Origin: Candidatus Versatilivorator sp.
GTDB taxonomy: Bacteria > Acidobacteriota > Terriglobia > Versatilivoradales > Versatilivoraceae
Direction of reading: 5' to 3'
DNA length: 64,000 nt
NCBI GenBank assembly: GCA_965207735.1
Contig: OZ242296.1
Location: 2,240,001 to 2,304,000, forward strand
In this document: piece by piece, positions 30,121-39,709 of the stretch
Layout of the letters: each line of letters opens with the position of its first letter
How positions within the stretch are numbered: position 1 is the first letter of the stretch
Made by a program: the position numbers and the translations under genes
Notes under the pieces: model-generated
Told to the model about the DNA's origin: nothing
The model's input: only the letters and a program-made list of their open reading frames with translations
Database searches by the model: none

Positions 30121-30219
30121 GTGAGCTCCTCACAGTGACGAGATGAACGGCACCGGCAAAAAGTCTAACTTGCCCGCATAAATGCTGGTCCAGGAAGAAA
30201 TAGAGTGATCCACCGAGGA

Positions 30220-31159
30220 GTGAGAAAGGCCATTGGGTTGCCCTGCGCTTCACGTGGGCCTGCCGGTGTTTGCTGCCGCCGCATTCGCGGCTCCACTCCC
30301 GTACGTTACGTTTCCGATGCACGTTTCCCATGGGCTGACGCCCACGGCTACCTGCTGGCGCCGCATTCGCGGCTCTCAGGGAAGCCGTCTCAAGATGCGT
30401 ATTGCAGGTGAGGAAGGCCATTGCGTTGCCCTGCGCTTCACGTGGGCTCGCCGGTGTTTGCTGCCGCCGCATTCGCGGCTCTCAGGGAAGCCGTCTCAAG
30501 ATGCGTATTGCAGGTGAGAAACGCTATTGCGTTGCCCTGGGCTTCACGTGGGCTCACCGGTGTTTGCTGCCGCCGCATTCGCGGCTCCACTCCCGTACGT
30601 TACGTTTCCGATGCACGTTTCCCATGGGCTGACGCCCACGGCTACCTGCTGGCGCCGCATTCGCGGCTCTCAGGGAGGCCGTCTCAAGATGCGTATTGCA
30701 GGTGAGAAACGCCATTGCGTTGCCCTGCGCTTCACGTGGGCTCACCGGTGTTTGCTGCCGCCGCATTCGCGGCTCCACTCCCGTTCGGTACGTTTCCGAT
30801 GCACGTTTCCCATGGGCTGACGCCCACGGCTACCTGCTGGCGCCGCATTCGCGGCTCTCAGGGAAGCCGTCTCAAGATGCGTATTGCAGGTGAGAAACGC
30901 CATTGCGTTGCCCTGCGCTTCACGTGGGCTCACCGGTGTTTGCTGCCGCCGCATTCGCGGCTCCACTCCCGTTCGTTACGTTTCCGATGCACGTTTCCCA
31001 TGGGCTGACGCCCACGGCTACCTGCTGGCGCCGCATTCGCGGCTCTCAGGGAGGCCGTCTCAAGATACGTATTGCAGGTGAGAAACGCCATTGCGTTGCC
31101 CTGCGCTTCACGTGGGCTCACCGGCATTTGCTGCCGCCGCATTCGCGGCTCGACTGGTG
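30220..31159. repeat. 188-bp tandem array containing family A palindromes, with one internally deleted 106-bp unit
   Basis: ttg(c/g)gttgccctg starts at ~30233, 30421, 30527, 30715, 30903 and 31091. Confidence 0.95.
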
Positions 31160-31349
31160 CTTCGGGGGCGGGAGCCCGGGGCGTCTGAATTCTGCTCCAA
31201 CGTAGCCGCGAATCAAGAGCCGCGTCCCAAGACCCCTTGTTTCTCCGGAGAATGCCGCCCACGCCCCAGCGATTGTCACTATTTATTCTGGAGACACCTG
31301 CCGTTGAAGCAGACCCGTCTCGCTTCGGGCCCCTTCGTGAATAACTCTT

Positions 31350-31937
31350 TTAGTCCCCTTCGCTTCCCTTCGTGGACCCCTCCGGGGGGCGCCGGCGGCC
31401 GGCGTAGAGAGCCAACACCGCCGCCGTCAGAACCAGGAAGCGCACCGGAATCAGCAGCCCTCGAACCACCAGCCTCGCCACCCAAGCCAGGGGCGCCGCC
31501 AGCAGCCGTCCCACCGGTCCGGGGTTCCAGCGGCGCCGGCGGACACGGTCCGCCAGCAGCCTGACCAGCAGGGAAGCATCGAGTAGGCGGCACTCCATAC
31601 GCTCGTCGAAAATCAGGATGCGCCTGCCCCCGCAGACCAGGGCGAAGAGCTTGGGACGCAGGCGGGCCTCCTCACCGCACCAGAGGACCGCCACCGCCCG
31701 GTAGCGCTGTCCGCGGATCCGGCGCCACAGCCTGTAGCCCTTGCCGAGTTCGCGCCGGTGGGGAAAGACCCAGATCCGGCCGGCGGGCGGTTCCTGCTGC
31801 AGGTAGGAGAGATCGGAAGGGCTGCACAGCAGGTGAAACTCGGGCTGGTGGAAGAGAGTTCGGAGACGAAGGATCTCCCGGGCCTTCTGGATATTGGCGG
31901 CGGTGGAGGAGCAGACCAGCAGGACCTTGTCAGGCAT
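31350..31937 (-). CDS. Hypothetical membrane-anchored protein of the glycan cluster
   Basis: Overlaps the GT4 stop codon; Rossmann-like N-terminus and hydrophobic C-terminus. Confidence 0.6.
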   Translation of the reverse strand: MPDKVLLVCSSTAANIQKAREILRLRTLFHQPEFHLLCSPSDLSYLQQEPPAGRIWVFPHRRELGKGYRLWRRIRGQRYRAVAVLWCGEEARLRPKLFALVCGGRRILIFDERMECRLLDASLLVRLLADRVRRRRWNPGPVGRLLAAPLAWVARLVVRGLLIPVRFLVLTAAVLALYAGRRRPPEGSTKGSEGD

Positions 31938-33120
31938 GACCGGCCTCGACCACGTCCAGGAACTCCCTGCCGATGACGCTCCAGTCGTAGCGCTTGCGGA
32001 TCATCTCGCGGGCCCTGGAACCCAACTCGGCCCGGCGGCGGCTGTCCTGCAGCAAGTCGACGACGGCGGCGGCGAAGGCTTCCGGGGAATCGGCAATCAA
32101 CAGCTCCTCACCGTTCCGAACCTGGAATCCCTGGGCTCCCAGAGGAGTGGTGACCACGGCCATGCCCATGGAGAGCGCCTCCAGCAGCTTCACCCGCATG
32201 CCGTTTCCGGAGAGGATGGGGGCGGCGAAAACCGCGCAATCCCGATAAAGGGGCCTGAGGTCTTCGACGTAGCCTTGCAGGCGGACCCCGGGATGGACAC
32301 CCAGCCTCTCCCGGTCCAGCATCTCGGTGTTGCCGCCCACCACCCGGAATTCAACCTCCGGCACCTGGCTCAGCACCTTCGGCAGGACCCGGTCGGCCAT
32401 GTAGTACACCGACTCCTGGTTGGGCGTATGCCGGTAATTGCCCACGAAGAGTGTGCTCTTCTTGTGGAGGGCGCCGCCGGAAACCGGACCGCGTTCAAAG
32501 AACCCGCTGTCAACCCCGATTGGAATGGTCCTCAGCCTGGTGGGGGAGACGAACTCGGCCAACAGCCGCGCGTCCTCTCCGGTCATGCAGACGACCGCGT
32601 CGAAGCGGGCGCAGGACCGGACCTCGTAGTTGAGCTGCACCATCCAGTCGTACCACCTCCGAGCCCCGGTCCAGGGATTGCCGGCTCTCTCGAAAGCCTG
32701 GGCCGCATTGGCGTACTGCACCTCGTGGAGGGTGAGGACAGTGCGCCGAGCAACGTCCCGGGGGACGTGCTGGGCCATCTGAAGATATTCGGCCTGGATG
32801 ACATCGAAGGACCTGCTTTCGAGCGCCCGCCGGACCTCGGCGGCCATTTCGGCGCCGGCGAACTCGTAGTGCTCGGCCGGTCTGGGCATCCACAGGTGCC
32901 GGGCCGGAACGGGCCAGCGCCGGACTGCCCGAGCGTCCACGCCCAAGGGCTGAAGCTTCTGCAGAAGCTCTCTCTCGCTTTCGTTCTCGATGAAAGAGAT
33001 CAGAGTGACCCGGTGTCTGGAGGCCAGGAACTTCACATTGTAGTACATGCGCAGGCCGCCGCCGTGCAGGCCCAGGACCGGGGGATAGGCGGTCAGCATC
33101 AGGATGTTCAGGGGAGGCAT
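31930..33120 (-). CDS. GT4-family glycosyltransferase
   Basis: IPIGVD, LFVGNYRHTPN, GMRVKLLEALSMGMAVVTT, YDW. Confidence 0.9.
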   Translation of the reverse strand: MPPLNILMLTAYPPVLGLHGGGLRMYYNVKFLASRHRVTLISFIENESERELLQKLQPLGVDARAVRRWPVPARHLWMPRPAEHYEFAGAEMAAEVRRALESRSFDVIQAEYLQMAQHVPRDVARRTVLTLHEVQYANAAQAFERAGNPWTGARRWYDWMVQLNYEVRSCARFDAVVCMTGEDARLLAEFVSPTRLRTIPIGVDSGFFERGPVSGGALHKKSTLFVGNYRHTPNQESVYYMADRVLPKVLSQVPEVEFRVVGGNTEMLDRERLGVHPGVRLQGYVEDLRPLYRDCAVFAAPILSGNGMRVKLLEALSMGMAVVTTPLGAQGFQVRNGEELLIADSPEAFAAAVVDLLQDSRRRAELGSRAREMIRKRYDWSVIGREFLDVVEAGHA

Positions 33121-33162
33121 GGGCTACATTATAAGGAAGAGTTGCGGCCGGTCGCCGCGGCA

Positions 33163-33924
33163 TCATTTGAACGCCAGGAAGACGGCTCGATCCTGCGCCA
33201 GGTACTGCGGGTTGGCGTCCGTGGGCGGGGCGACCAACTCCACCCTGGAGAAGCCGGCTGCCCCCAGCATCTCGCGCACGGCGGCGGCGTTGGGGATGAA
33301 GCTCAAGCCCCGGTGGGCCGCCAGGCGGTTCTCCTCCACGTCGGGCTCCCGGTAGATGGCCAGGGCAGCCGGCAGTTCCAAAAACTTTCCCGTCGCTCCC
33401 CACCCGCTCAGCACCGGATCCTGCTGCCGGGTCAGTTGGGTCTCGACCACGCACACCCGGCGGGTGATGCGATGCAGAATGCGCAGGGCACCCACGGGAT
33501 TCTCCAGGTGGTAGAGCAGGCCCAGAAACAGGGTCAGGTGGTAGCGGTCGGGCGGGTCCTGGTTGGCCAGGAAGTCTTCCACGGCAAAGGTGAGCCGGCC
33601 GGGGTCCTGTCCTTGAATCCGCTGCACGGCCCGGGACCGCTCGATATTGAGCGGCCGCACGTCGATCCCTCTCACTCGGGCCCCCTTGCCGTGGAGCAGA
33701 AAGCTGAAGTAGCCTTCGTTGCAGGCCACGTCCAGGGTGTCCAGGTTGGCCAGGCCCTCCGGAAAGCATTGCTCCAGGGCCGGCAGGATCATGTCTTGGC
33801 GGGTCCGGTGTATCTGGCCCAGCTCCTGGGACAGCAGCGGCGTGAGGATGCCGTCTCCCAAGTCGAACTCATACATCCAGGCCGGGGGCGTATGGGCCAG
33901 TTGCAACCGTTCTTCCCTGGTCAT
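33163..33924 (-). CDS. Class I SAM-dependent methyltransferase
   Basis: LDVACNEGYFS, GIDVR, LFLGLLYHLENP. Confidence 0.9.
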   Translation of the reverse strand: MTREERLQLAHTPPAWMYEFDLGDGILTPLLSQELGQIHRTRQDMILPALEQCFPEGLANLDTLDVACNEGYFSFLLHGKGARVRGIDVRPLNIERSRAVQRIQGQDPGRLTFAVEDFLANQDPPDRYHLTLFLGLLYHLENPVGALRILHRITRRVCVVETQLTRQQDPVLSGWGATGKFLELPAALAIYREPDVEENRLAAHRGLSFIPNAAAVREMLGAAGFSRVELVAPPTDANPQYLAQDRAVFLAFK

Positions 33925-35039
33925 CGCAGCTCACTCCCCGAGGTCTCGGCGAAGATGGAGGCGTCTCGGCGGCGATAGCAGGCCCGCCAGCGATAGCGCT
34001 TGTAGAGCGCTTCCGGAAACTGGAGCAAGGCTTTGAAGAAAGCCCGAAGCTCGAAGCGGACATTGGTTTGGGCCATGAAGCGGGCTTGGGTGAGCGGCAG
34101 GAAGAGGAAATGCTGCAGGATCCATCGGGCGTCGGTGATGCTCTTCCAGACGAACAGATATTGATTCTTGCGAATGGTGTTGTCAACGAAGTTGTCGCCG
34201 AACTTCCCCCGGTTGGTGCCCCGATGCTTGTGGACCACCAGGCTGTCGGTGGCCAGCAGGCTCTTCCAGCCGCGCTTCCAGGCCTGGTAGGAGAGATCCA
34301 GGTCCTCCAGGTAAAAGGGATCGTAAAGCGTGTCCAGTCCGCCCAGGGCCAGGAACTTTCTCCGGTCGAAGGCACTGGAGCCCCCTCCCGCCCAAAAAAC
34401 AGGCAGACGGACCCCGGCCTGTCCCGGCGGAATCTCGTCGTGGTAGGGCTCGAGGAAACCCCGTAGCCAGCGCGAGCGGGTGGCGCCGGTCTCCTCCCGA
34501 CGGCGAGACTTGTCCTGGAAAAAGACCTGGCAGGACACCGCAAAGACGTTTTCGTCCCGAAAGCCGTCCAGCAGGGGGCGCAGGAAGTTCGGATCCACCT
34601 CCATGTCGTTGTTGAGCAGCACCACCACTTCCCTGGCGGCCGCTTGCACGCCGGCGTTGTTTCCCCCGGTAAACCGGCAGTTCCTTCCCATCTCCACCAC
34701 CTTGACCTGAGGGTAACGGGCTCTCAAAAAGCCAACGCTGTCGTCGCTGCTGCCGTTGTCGACCACCATGATCTCGTGGTCCCGCCCGTCCCGGCGGACG
34801 GCCTCCACCACGCTGGGAAGAAACTCCTCCAGCAGGTGTTTTCCGTCCCAGTTGAGGACGATCAGGGTGGCCAGGCTTCGATCCGGTGGTCCGGAAGCAG
34901 GAGGCTTGCGGCGGACCAGGGAAAAGGGAAGGTAGAGGATCTCGCCCAGGAAGAGCCCCAGGGCCACCAGGAGATCGAAGGGGGTCATCAGCAGCAGGGC
35001 GCCCAGCTTGGGCCAGAAGCCGTTGAGAGCATTCCCCAT
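33921..35039 (-). CDS. GT2-family glycosyltransferase (rhamnosyltransferase-like)
   Basis: IVLNWDG, VVDNGSSD, LLNND, GGLDTLYDPFYLEDLDLS. Confidence 0.9.
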   Translation of the reverse strand: MGNALNGFWPKLGALLLMTPFDLLVALGLFLGEILYLPFSLVRRKPPASGPPDRSLATLIVLNWDGKHLLEEFLPSVVEAVRRDGRDHEIMVVDNGSSDDSVGFLRARYPQVKVVEMGRNCRFTGGNNAGVQAAAREVVVLLNNDMEVDPNFLRPLLDGFRDENVFAVSCQVFFQDKSRRREETGATRSRWLRGFLEPYHDEIPPGQAGVRLPVFWAGGGSSAFDRRKFLALGGLDTLYDPFYLEDLDLSYQAWKRGWKSLLATDSLVVHKHRGTNRGKFGDNFVDNTIRKNQYLFVWKSITDARWILQHFLFLPLTQARFMAQTNVRFELRAFFKALLQFPEALYKRYRWRACYRRRDASIFAETSGSELR

Positions 35040-35042
35040 GGA

Positions 35043-35909
35043 TCAAGCCCCGGGGCGGTGGATGCGGTCGCTCAGGTACTCGCCCAAGGCGTCCCTCCAG
35101 TGCTTGAGGTCATCCATCCCGAACTCGTCCAGGCGATGGTTGGCCAACACCGAATAGGCCGGCCGACGGGCCGCGGTGGCGAAACGGTCGGAGGTGGTGG
35201 GCGTCAGGTCGGCCCGTATCGCCATCTGACTGAAGATCTCCCGGGCGAATTCGTACCAGGTGCAGTTCCCCTTGGAGGTGAGGTGATAGAGGCCGTAGTG
35301 GGAGGTTTCGATCAGGGCGACGGTGGCGCGGGCCAGCTCACGGGTGCTGGTGGGGGTCAGCCGCTGGTCGTCGACCACCTGGATGGATTCTTTCCCGTGA
35401 GCCTTCCTGATCATGGTCTCGACGAAATTGCCCCCCTTGCCGCTACTGCCGGCGTGTCCGTAGAGCCCGCTGGTCCGAATCAAGAAGTGTTTCTCCCAAA
35501 CCGAAGCCAGCAGGTGTTCGCCCGCCAGCTTGGAGGCGCCGTAGACGTTTAGAGGACGGGCGAGGTCGCTTTCCCGGTAGGGCCTGGCGGCGGCGCCGTC
35601 GAAGACGTAGTCGGTGCTGTAGTGGACCAGGACGGCATCGATGTCTCGGGCGGTCAGAGCCAGGTTCCGGACGGCCTCTCCGTTCACCTGAAAGGCGGTC
35701 GAGATCCTGGATTCGCAGTCGTCCACCCGGTGGAAGGCGGCGGTGTTGATCACCACCTGGGGCCGCTTCGACTGCAGGAGGCGGCGAACCCGGTCGGTCT
35801 GAAGAAGGTCCAGGGATTGACGCGGCGGAGCGACCAGCTCGTGGCCGGACAGGGCCTTCGCCAGATCGGTACCCAGTTGGCCGGAAGCTCCAATCAGGAG
35901 GATCTTCAC
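35043..35909 (-). CDS. rmlD: dTDP-4-dehydrorhamnose reductase
   Basis: GASGQLG, STDYVFDG, YGASK, RPAYSVL. Confidence 0.95.
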   Translation of the reverse strand: MKILLIGASGQLGTDLAKALSGHELVAPPRQSLDLLQTDRVRRLLQSKRPQVVINTAAFHRVDDCESRISTAFQVNGEAVRNLALTARDIDAVLVHYSTDYVFDGAAARPYRESDLARPLNVYGASKLAGEHLLASVWEKHFLIRTSGLYGHAGSSGKGGNFVETMIRKAHGKESIQVVDDQRLTPTSTRELARATVALIETSHYGLYHLTSKGNCTWYEFAREIFSQMAIRADLTPTTSDRFATAARRPAYSVLANHRLDEFGMDDLKHWRDALGEYLSDRIHRPGA

Positions 35910-35910
35910 G

Positions 35911-37017
35911 TCAGCGGCTCCCCGGCCCCGGGCTTTCCATCCCGACCACGGCCGGCTTGAAGGACGCGGCAGGGATGGCGTCGAACACCGACCCCGTGAT
36001 CCGGATGATCTTGTCGGCTTCCTCGAGAAGCTTCATCCAGGCGATATTGTAGTAGCGGGGGTTGTCGAAGTCGGTGTAGCCGTAACGGGAGATGCTCTCC
36101 ACCATGTCCTTGACGGCGTCTTCCACCGTCACCGCCGGGGCAAAACCCAGCGCCCGCTGGAACTTCTTGCCGGAGACGCGATAGCTGCGGACACCCTTGT
36201 AACGGTATTCCGGCTTCAGCTCCACCTTCACCCCAGCCCCTCTCAGCGCCCCGACCACCCGGAGCGCCAGCTCGGAAATCCGGAAGTTGCGGAAGACCAC
36301 GTTGAAGATCTCGCCCGCCACCTTGGACTCCTGGGCTTCCAGGCAGAGGATGTAGGCCCGGGCCGCATCCCGGATATCCACCAGCGGCCGCCACATCTCG
36401 CCTCCGTAGTGGGTGGTGACGTACCCCTTGGAGAGGGCGTCCCTGAGGAAAGTGTTGACCACCAGGTCGTAGCGCATCCGCGGCGAGAAGCCGTAGATCG
36501 TGCCCTTGCGCAGGATGACCGGGCAGAAGTCCTTATCGGCCAGTTCGAGCAGGGCTGTCTCCGCCTGGAACTTGGAACTGGCGTAGGCCGCCTTGGGGCG
36601 GACCGGCGAGGTTTCGTCCAGGACAACATCTTTTTCCTCGTCGGTGATGCCGACATCGTAGATGGAGCAGGTGGAAGCGAAGACGAATCTGCGGATGCCC
36701 CTCGTCTTGCAGAGCCGGGCCAGCGAAAGGTTGGCCCGAGTGTTCATTTCATAGTTGGCCTGGGGGTTGTATTCCGCCGTGGGGTCGTTGGACAGGCCGC
36801 TCAGGTTGATGACGGACTCGATACCCTCCAGCACCGAGTGGTTCATGGTACGAACGTCTCCCTCGTACAGCTCGATTTGCTCCCTGTGCTCGCGGAGCCC
36901 GGCATTGCCGAAAAACATGCGGTCCAGGACCCTGACCGCATAGCCTCTAGCCAGTAACTCCCCGACCAGCACCGAGCCGATATAGCCGGCGCCACCCACC
37001 ACCAAAATCATAGTCAA
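35911..37017 (-). CDS. NAD-dependent NDP-sugar epimerase/dehydratase (extended SDR)
   Basis: GGAGYIGS, LSNDP, YASSK, SPRMRYDLVVN. Confidence 0.9.
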   Translation of the reverse strand: MTMILVVGGAGYIGSVLVGELLARGYAVRVLDRMFFGNAGLREHREQIELYEGDVRTMNHSVLEGIESVINLSGLSNDPTAEYNPQANYEMNTRANLSLARLCKTRGIRRFVFASTCSIYDVGITDEEKDVVLDETSPVRPKAAYASSKFQAETALLELADKDFCPVILRKGTIYGFSPRMRYDLVVNTFLRDALSKGYVTTHYGGEMWRPLVDIRDAARAYILCLEAQESKVAGEIFNVVFRNFRISELALRVVGALRGAGVKVELKPEYRYKGVRSYRVSGKKFQRALGFAPAVTVEDAVKDMVESISRYGYTDFDNPRYYNIAWMKLLEEADKIIRITGSVFDAIPAASFKPAVVGMESPGPGSR

Positions 37018-37144
37018 CCTCCCTCTTCCTGAAACACCCTAGTTTCATCCCTCATGAGCCGCCCCCTCACATGGGACGGTTGTGCGGCCAAGTTAAAAGT
37101 GAATAGTGGAGAGTCGAGAGTGATTTGATCGACACGTCAAGCAT

Positions 37145-37395
37145 CTAGCCCGCATTTCTCACCAGGTCGCTGGTGCCATGACGAAAAGTAGTTTATCTTC
37201 AGTACTTTGATTGGCTCCCTGGTAAGGGCTTGCGGGTAACAGACGGCGCTGGGCATGCCCTGGCTTGTCTTTTTCCATTCAGCGCGCACATGCTCCCTCG
37301 CGCGTAGTGACCGCTACGCTCTTCGGTCGCGAGCACGCGCTGAAGGGAAAAATCCTGCGCCATGTTCATGCCCCCTGGTGAGAAATGCGGGCTAG
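37145..37395. mobile_element. 251-bp MITE with 22-bp perfect terminal inverted repeats
   Basis: CTAGCCCGCATTTCTCACCAGG ... CCTGGTGAGAAATGCGGGCTAG; internal hairpin; CTAG or TA may be the target duplication. Confidence 0.85.
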
Positions 37396-37503
37396 TCGCT
37401 CTCGACGCGGTCCTTCAAGAAAGCTCAACCAGGTCATCAGCCGCTTGCCTGCTCCCGGAACTCTCCACTCATCATTCATCACTCATCATTCATCATTCCC
37501 CTG

Positions 37504-37956
37504 CTACCTTCCCTTGACTTGCCAAACGTCCCCGAAGGAATCGGGGGGAATGCGGACTTCATCCGGCTTCTCCCGGTTGTAGACCTCGCTGGCGATGCTG
37601 ACGAGCTGGGTGTCATCTTCCAGCGCCATCCACCCATGGTAGACGCCGGGCGGCACCACGATCAAGGCAGGATTACGCGCCCCGGTAACGAAGATCTGCA
37701 TTTCATTATAGGTCGGGCTGTCGGGACGGTCGTCCCGCAGCACGAACTTGGCCGTTCCGTGGCTGATGAAAAACCAGTCCCACAGCCTGGCGTGCTTGTG
37801 ATAGGCACGGATGGTCCCGCGGGTCATGTCTCCCACCAGGTAGACCTGTCCGAACCGGGTGAAGTGCTCGTCGGTGCTCCTCAAGATCTCGATCAGATAG
37901 CCCCGGTCATCCACGTGGGCGACCAGAGGCACCACCTTCACATCCTTGATCATCAT
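37504..37956 (-). CDS. RmlC-like cupin (NDP-sugar 3,5-epimerase family)
   Basis: DDRGYLIE, IRAYHKH, DDRPDSPT, VPPGVYHG; AAGGAG RBS. Confidence 0.85.
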   Translation of the reverse strand: MMIKDVKVVPLVAHVDDRGYLIEILRSTDEHFTRFGQVYLVGDMTRGTIRAYHKHARLWDWFFISHGTAKFVLRDDRPDSPTYNEMQIFVTGARNPALIVVPPGVYHGWMALEDDTQLVSIASEVYNREKPDEVRIPPDSFGDVWQVKGR

Positions 37957-38028
37957 TCTCCTTTCTGTACTCGACCGCCAACCCTGCATGGGAGGCGAAG
38001 CAAGCTCGCCAAACGCGACGGCGGCCAC

Positions 38029-39351
38029 TCAGCCGACGGGGGCGTGGGCTCCGGCCAGCCTCGATTTTGCCGAACTCACCTGCCTCAATTCTATGCGGCA
38101 GTCCATCTTCAGGTAACCGTAGACCGTCTCCCGCTGCTTCAAGGTCAGGTTCAGCGCATTTTCCACGAAGTCGCACATCTCCGAATCGCGATGGGTCCCG
38201 TTGGCCACCGCCGGGGTGAGATAGTAGTGGCCCGGCTGCAACACCGGAAGACGCAGATGGAAATCCACCGTATAGATCTGGCCCGGCTCGGCCGGCGGCA
38301 AACGCAGGCTCTCCACCGAGGTGTTGCTGCCGGAGATATCCTCGCCCAGGCGGTTGCGCATGAGAATCCCGATGAGGGGCGATTCCACCCGGCAGTCGAA
38401 CCGCACCGAAACCCTCACCGTCACCAGGTCGCCGTGATAGAGGGTTTGCGGTTCTCTGCCCGACTGGTCCAGCAACCGGATGCCCAAAACCCGGGCGTGG
38501 CCACTGCCCCAGCGCTCGTCCACATTGGGAAGCGTGTGCACCGACAGATCCCCGGCTACATCACCGGCGGCGTCGGGCGCAAGTTCCGCGGCCCCGGAAG
38601 CCGCCTCGCCGGCATAGGGATCGCGGCGCTGAGTCAAGGCCGCCAGGTAGCGGGCCGTCACCTTGTCGGGCGCGCCTTGATCCATGAGCCTGCCCTGCTC
38701 CAGCCAGATGGCCGAATCGCACAGGTTCCGGATCGCGGCCACGTCATGGGAGACCAGCAGGATGGTCTTGCCCTCTTCCCGCATCCCGCGGAGCCGGCGC
38801 ATGCAGCGTTGCTGGAAATAGACGTCCCCGACCGCCAGCGACTCATCCACCAGCAGGATCTCGGGGTCGAGGTTGATGGCGATGGCAAAGGCCAGGCGCA
38901 CGTACATGCCGCTGGAATAGGTCTTGACCGGCTGGTCGACGAAGCTGCCGATCTCGGCAAAGCGCTCGATCTCCGGCATTTTCCGGTCGATCTCCTCGCG
39001 GTTCAGACCCATGATGGCGGCATTGAGGAAGGCATTCTCCCGGCCGGTGAACTCGGGGTTGAATCCCGCCCCGAGCTCCAGCAGGGCCGCCACCCGACCA
39101 CTCAGAGCCACCCTGCCTCCGGTTGGGGTCAGCGTTCCGGCAATAATCTGGAGCAGGGTGCTCTTGCCCGACCCGTTTTCGCCTATGATCCCGAAAGAGG
39201 AGCCCCGCCTGACCTGAAAGCTGATCTCCCTCAACGCCCAGAAGTCCCGATGAAAACTACGCCCGCGAAAGAACAATTCCTTCAGACGGGCCGAGGGCCT
39301 GGGGTAGATGCGGTAATTCTTGGACAACTTTTCGACGGTGACGGCATTCAT
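38029..39351 (-). CDS. wzt: Polysaccharide ABC exporter ATPase with C-terminal Wzt carbohydrate-binding domain
   Basis: GENGSGKS, YSSGM, ILLVDESLAVGD, LVSHD, then a Wzt_C-like Ig domain. Confidence 0.93.
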   Translation of the reverse strand: MNAVTVEKLSKNYRIYPRPSARLKELFFRGRSFHRDFWALREISFQVRRGSSFGIIGENGSGKSTLLQIIAGTLTPTGGRVALSGRVAALLELGAGFNPEFTGRENAFLNAAIMGLNREEIDRKMPEIERFAEIGSFVDQPVKTYSSGMYVRLAFAIAINLDPEILLVDESLAVGDVYFQQRCMRRLRGMREEGKTILLVSHDVAAIRNLCDSAIWLEQGRLMDQGAPDKVTARYLAALTQRRDPYAGEAASGAAELAPDAAGDVAGDLSVHTLPNVDERWGSGHARVLGIRLLDQSGREPQTLYHGDLVTVRVSVRFDCRVESPLIGILMRNRLGEDISGSNTSVESLRLPPAEPGQIYTVDFHLRLPVLQPGHYYLTPAVANGTHRDSEMCDFVENALNLTLKQRETVYGYLKMDCRIELRQVSSAKSRLAGAHAPVG

Positions 39352-39709
39352 GGCTAAGTCGCCGGGAGAGCGAGGCTTCCAGACCGACCGGTGCTGTACC
39401 GGCGGCAGCGCAGATTCCGGCAGGGCTTCATTCTATAAAACCTGAGCCAAGAATGAAACCACCAGGGATTGGATGGGGAGTGGGAAGGGTGCCCTCGACG
39501 GCCGGTCGTGGTATGGTTTGCCTGAGCGGCGGCGGTGCGGTATCCGCCCCGCACCGGCTCCTCCGCGGGTCTGCCCTGGTCTCACCGGGGCGCCCTTCAG
39601 GGGGGAGTCGCAGAAGCCGAGCCGAAAGTCGAAGGCCCATGCGTTGGGGGGTGCGCGCCGGAGCCACCGGGCTACGGAGTGCTCCGTTCGTGTCAAGCTG
39701 CAAATAGTC

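Noticed and set aside
30220-31159. CRISPR array
   Set aside because: Whole 188-bp units are repeated, there are no unique spacers and no cas genes are present.
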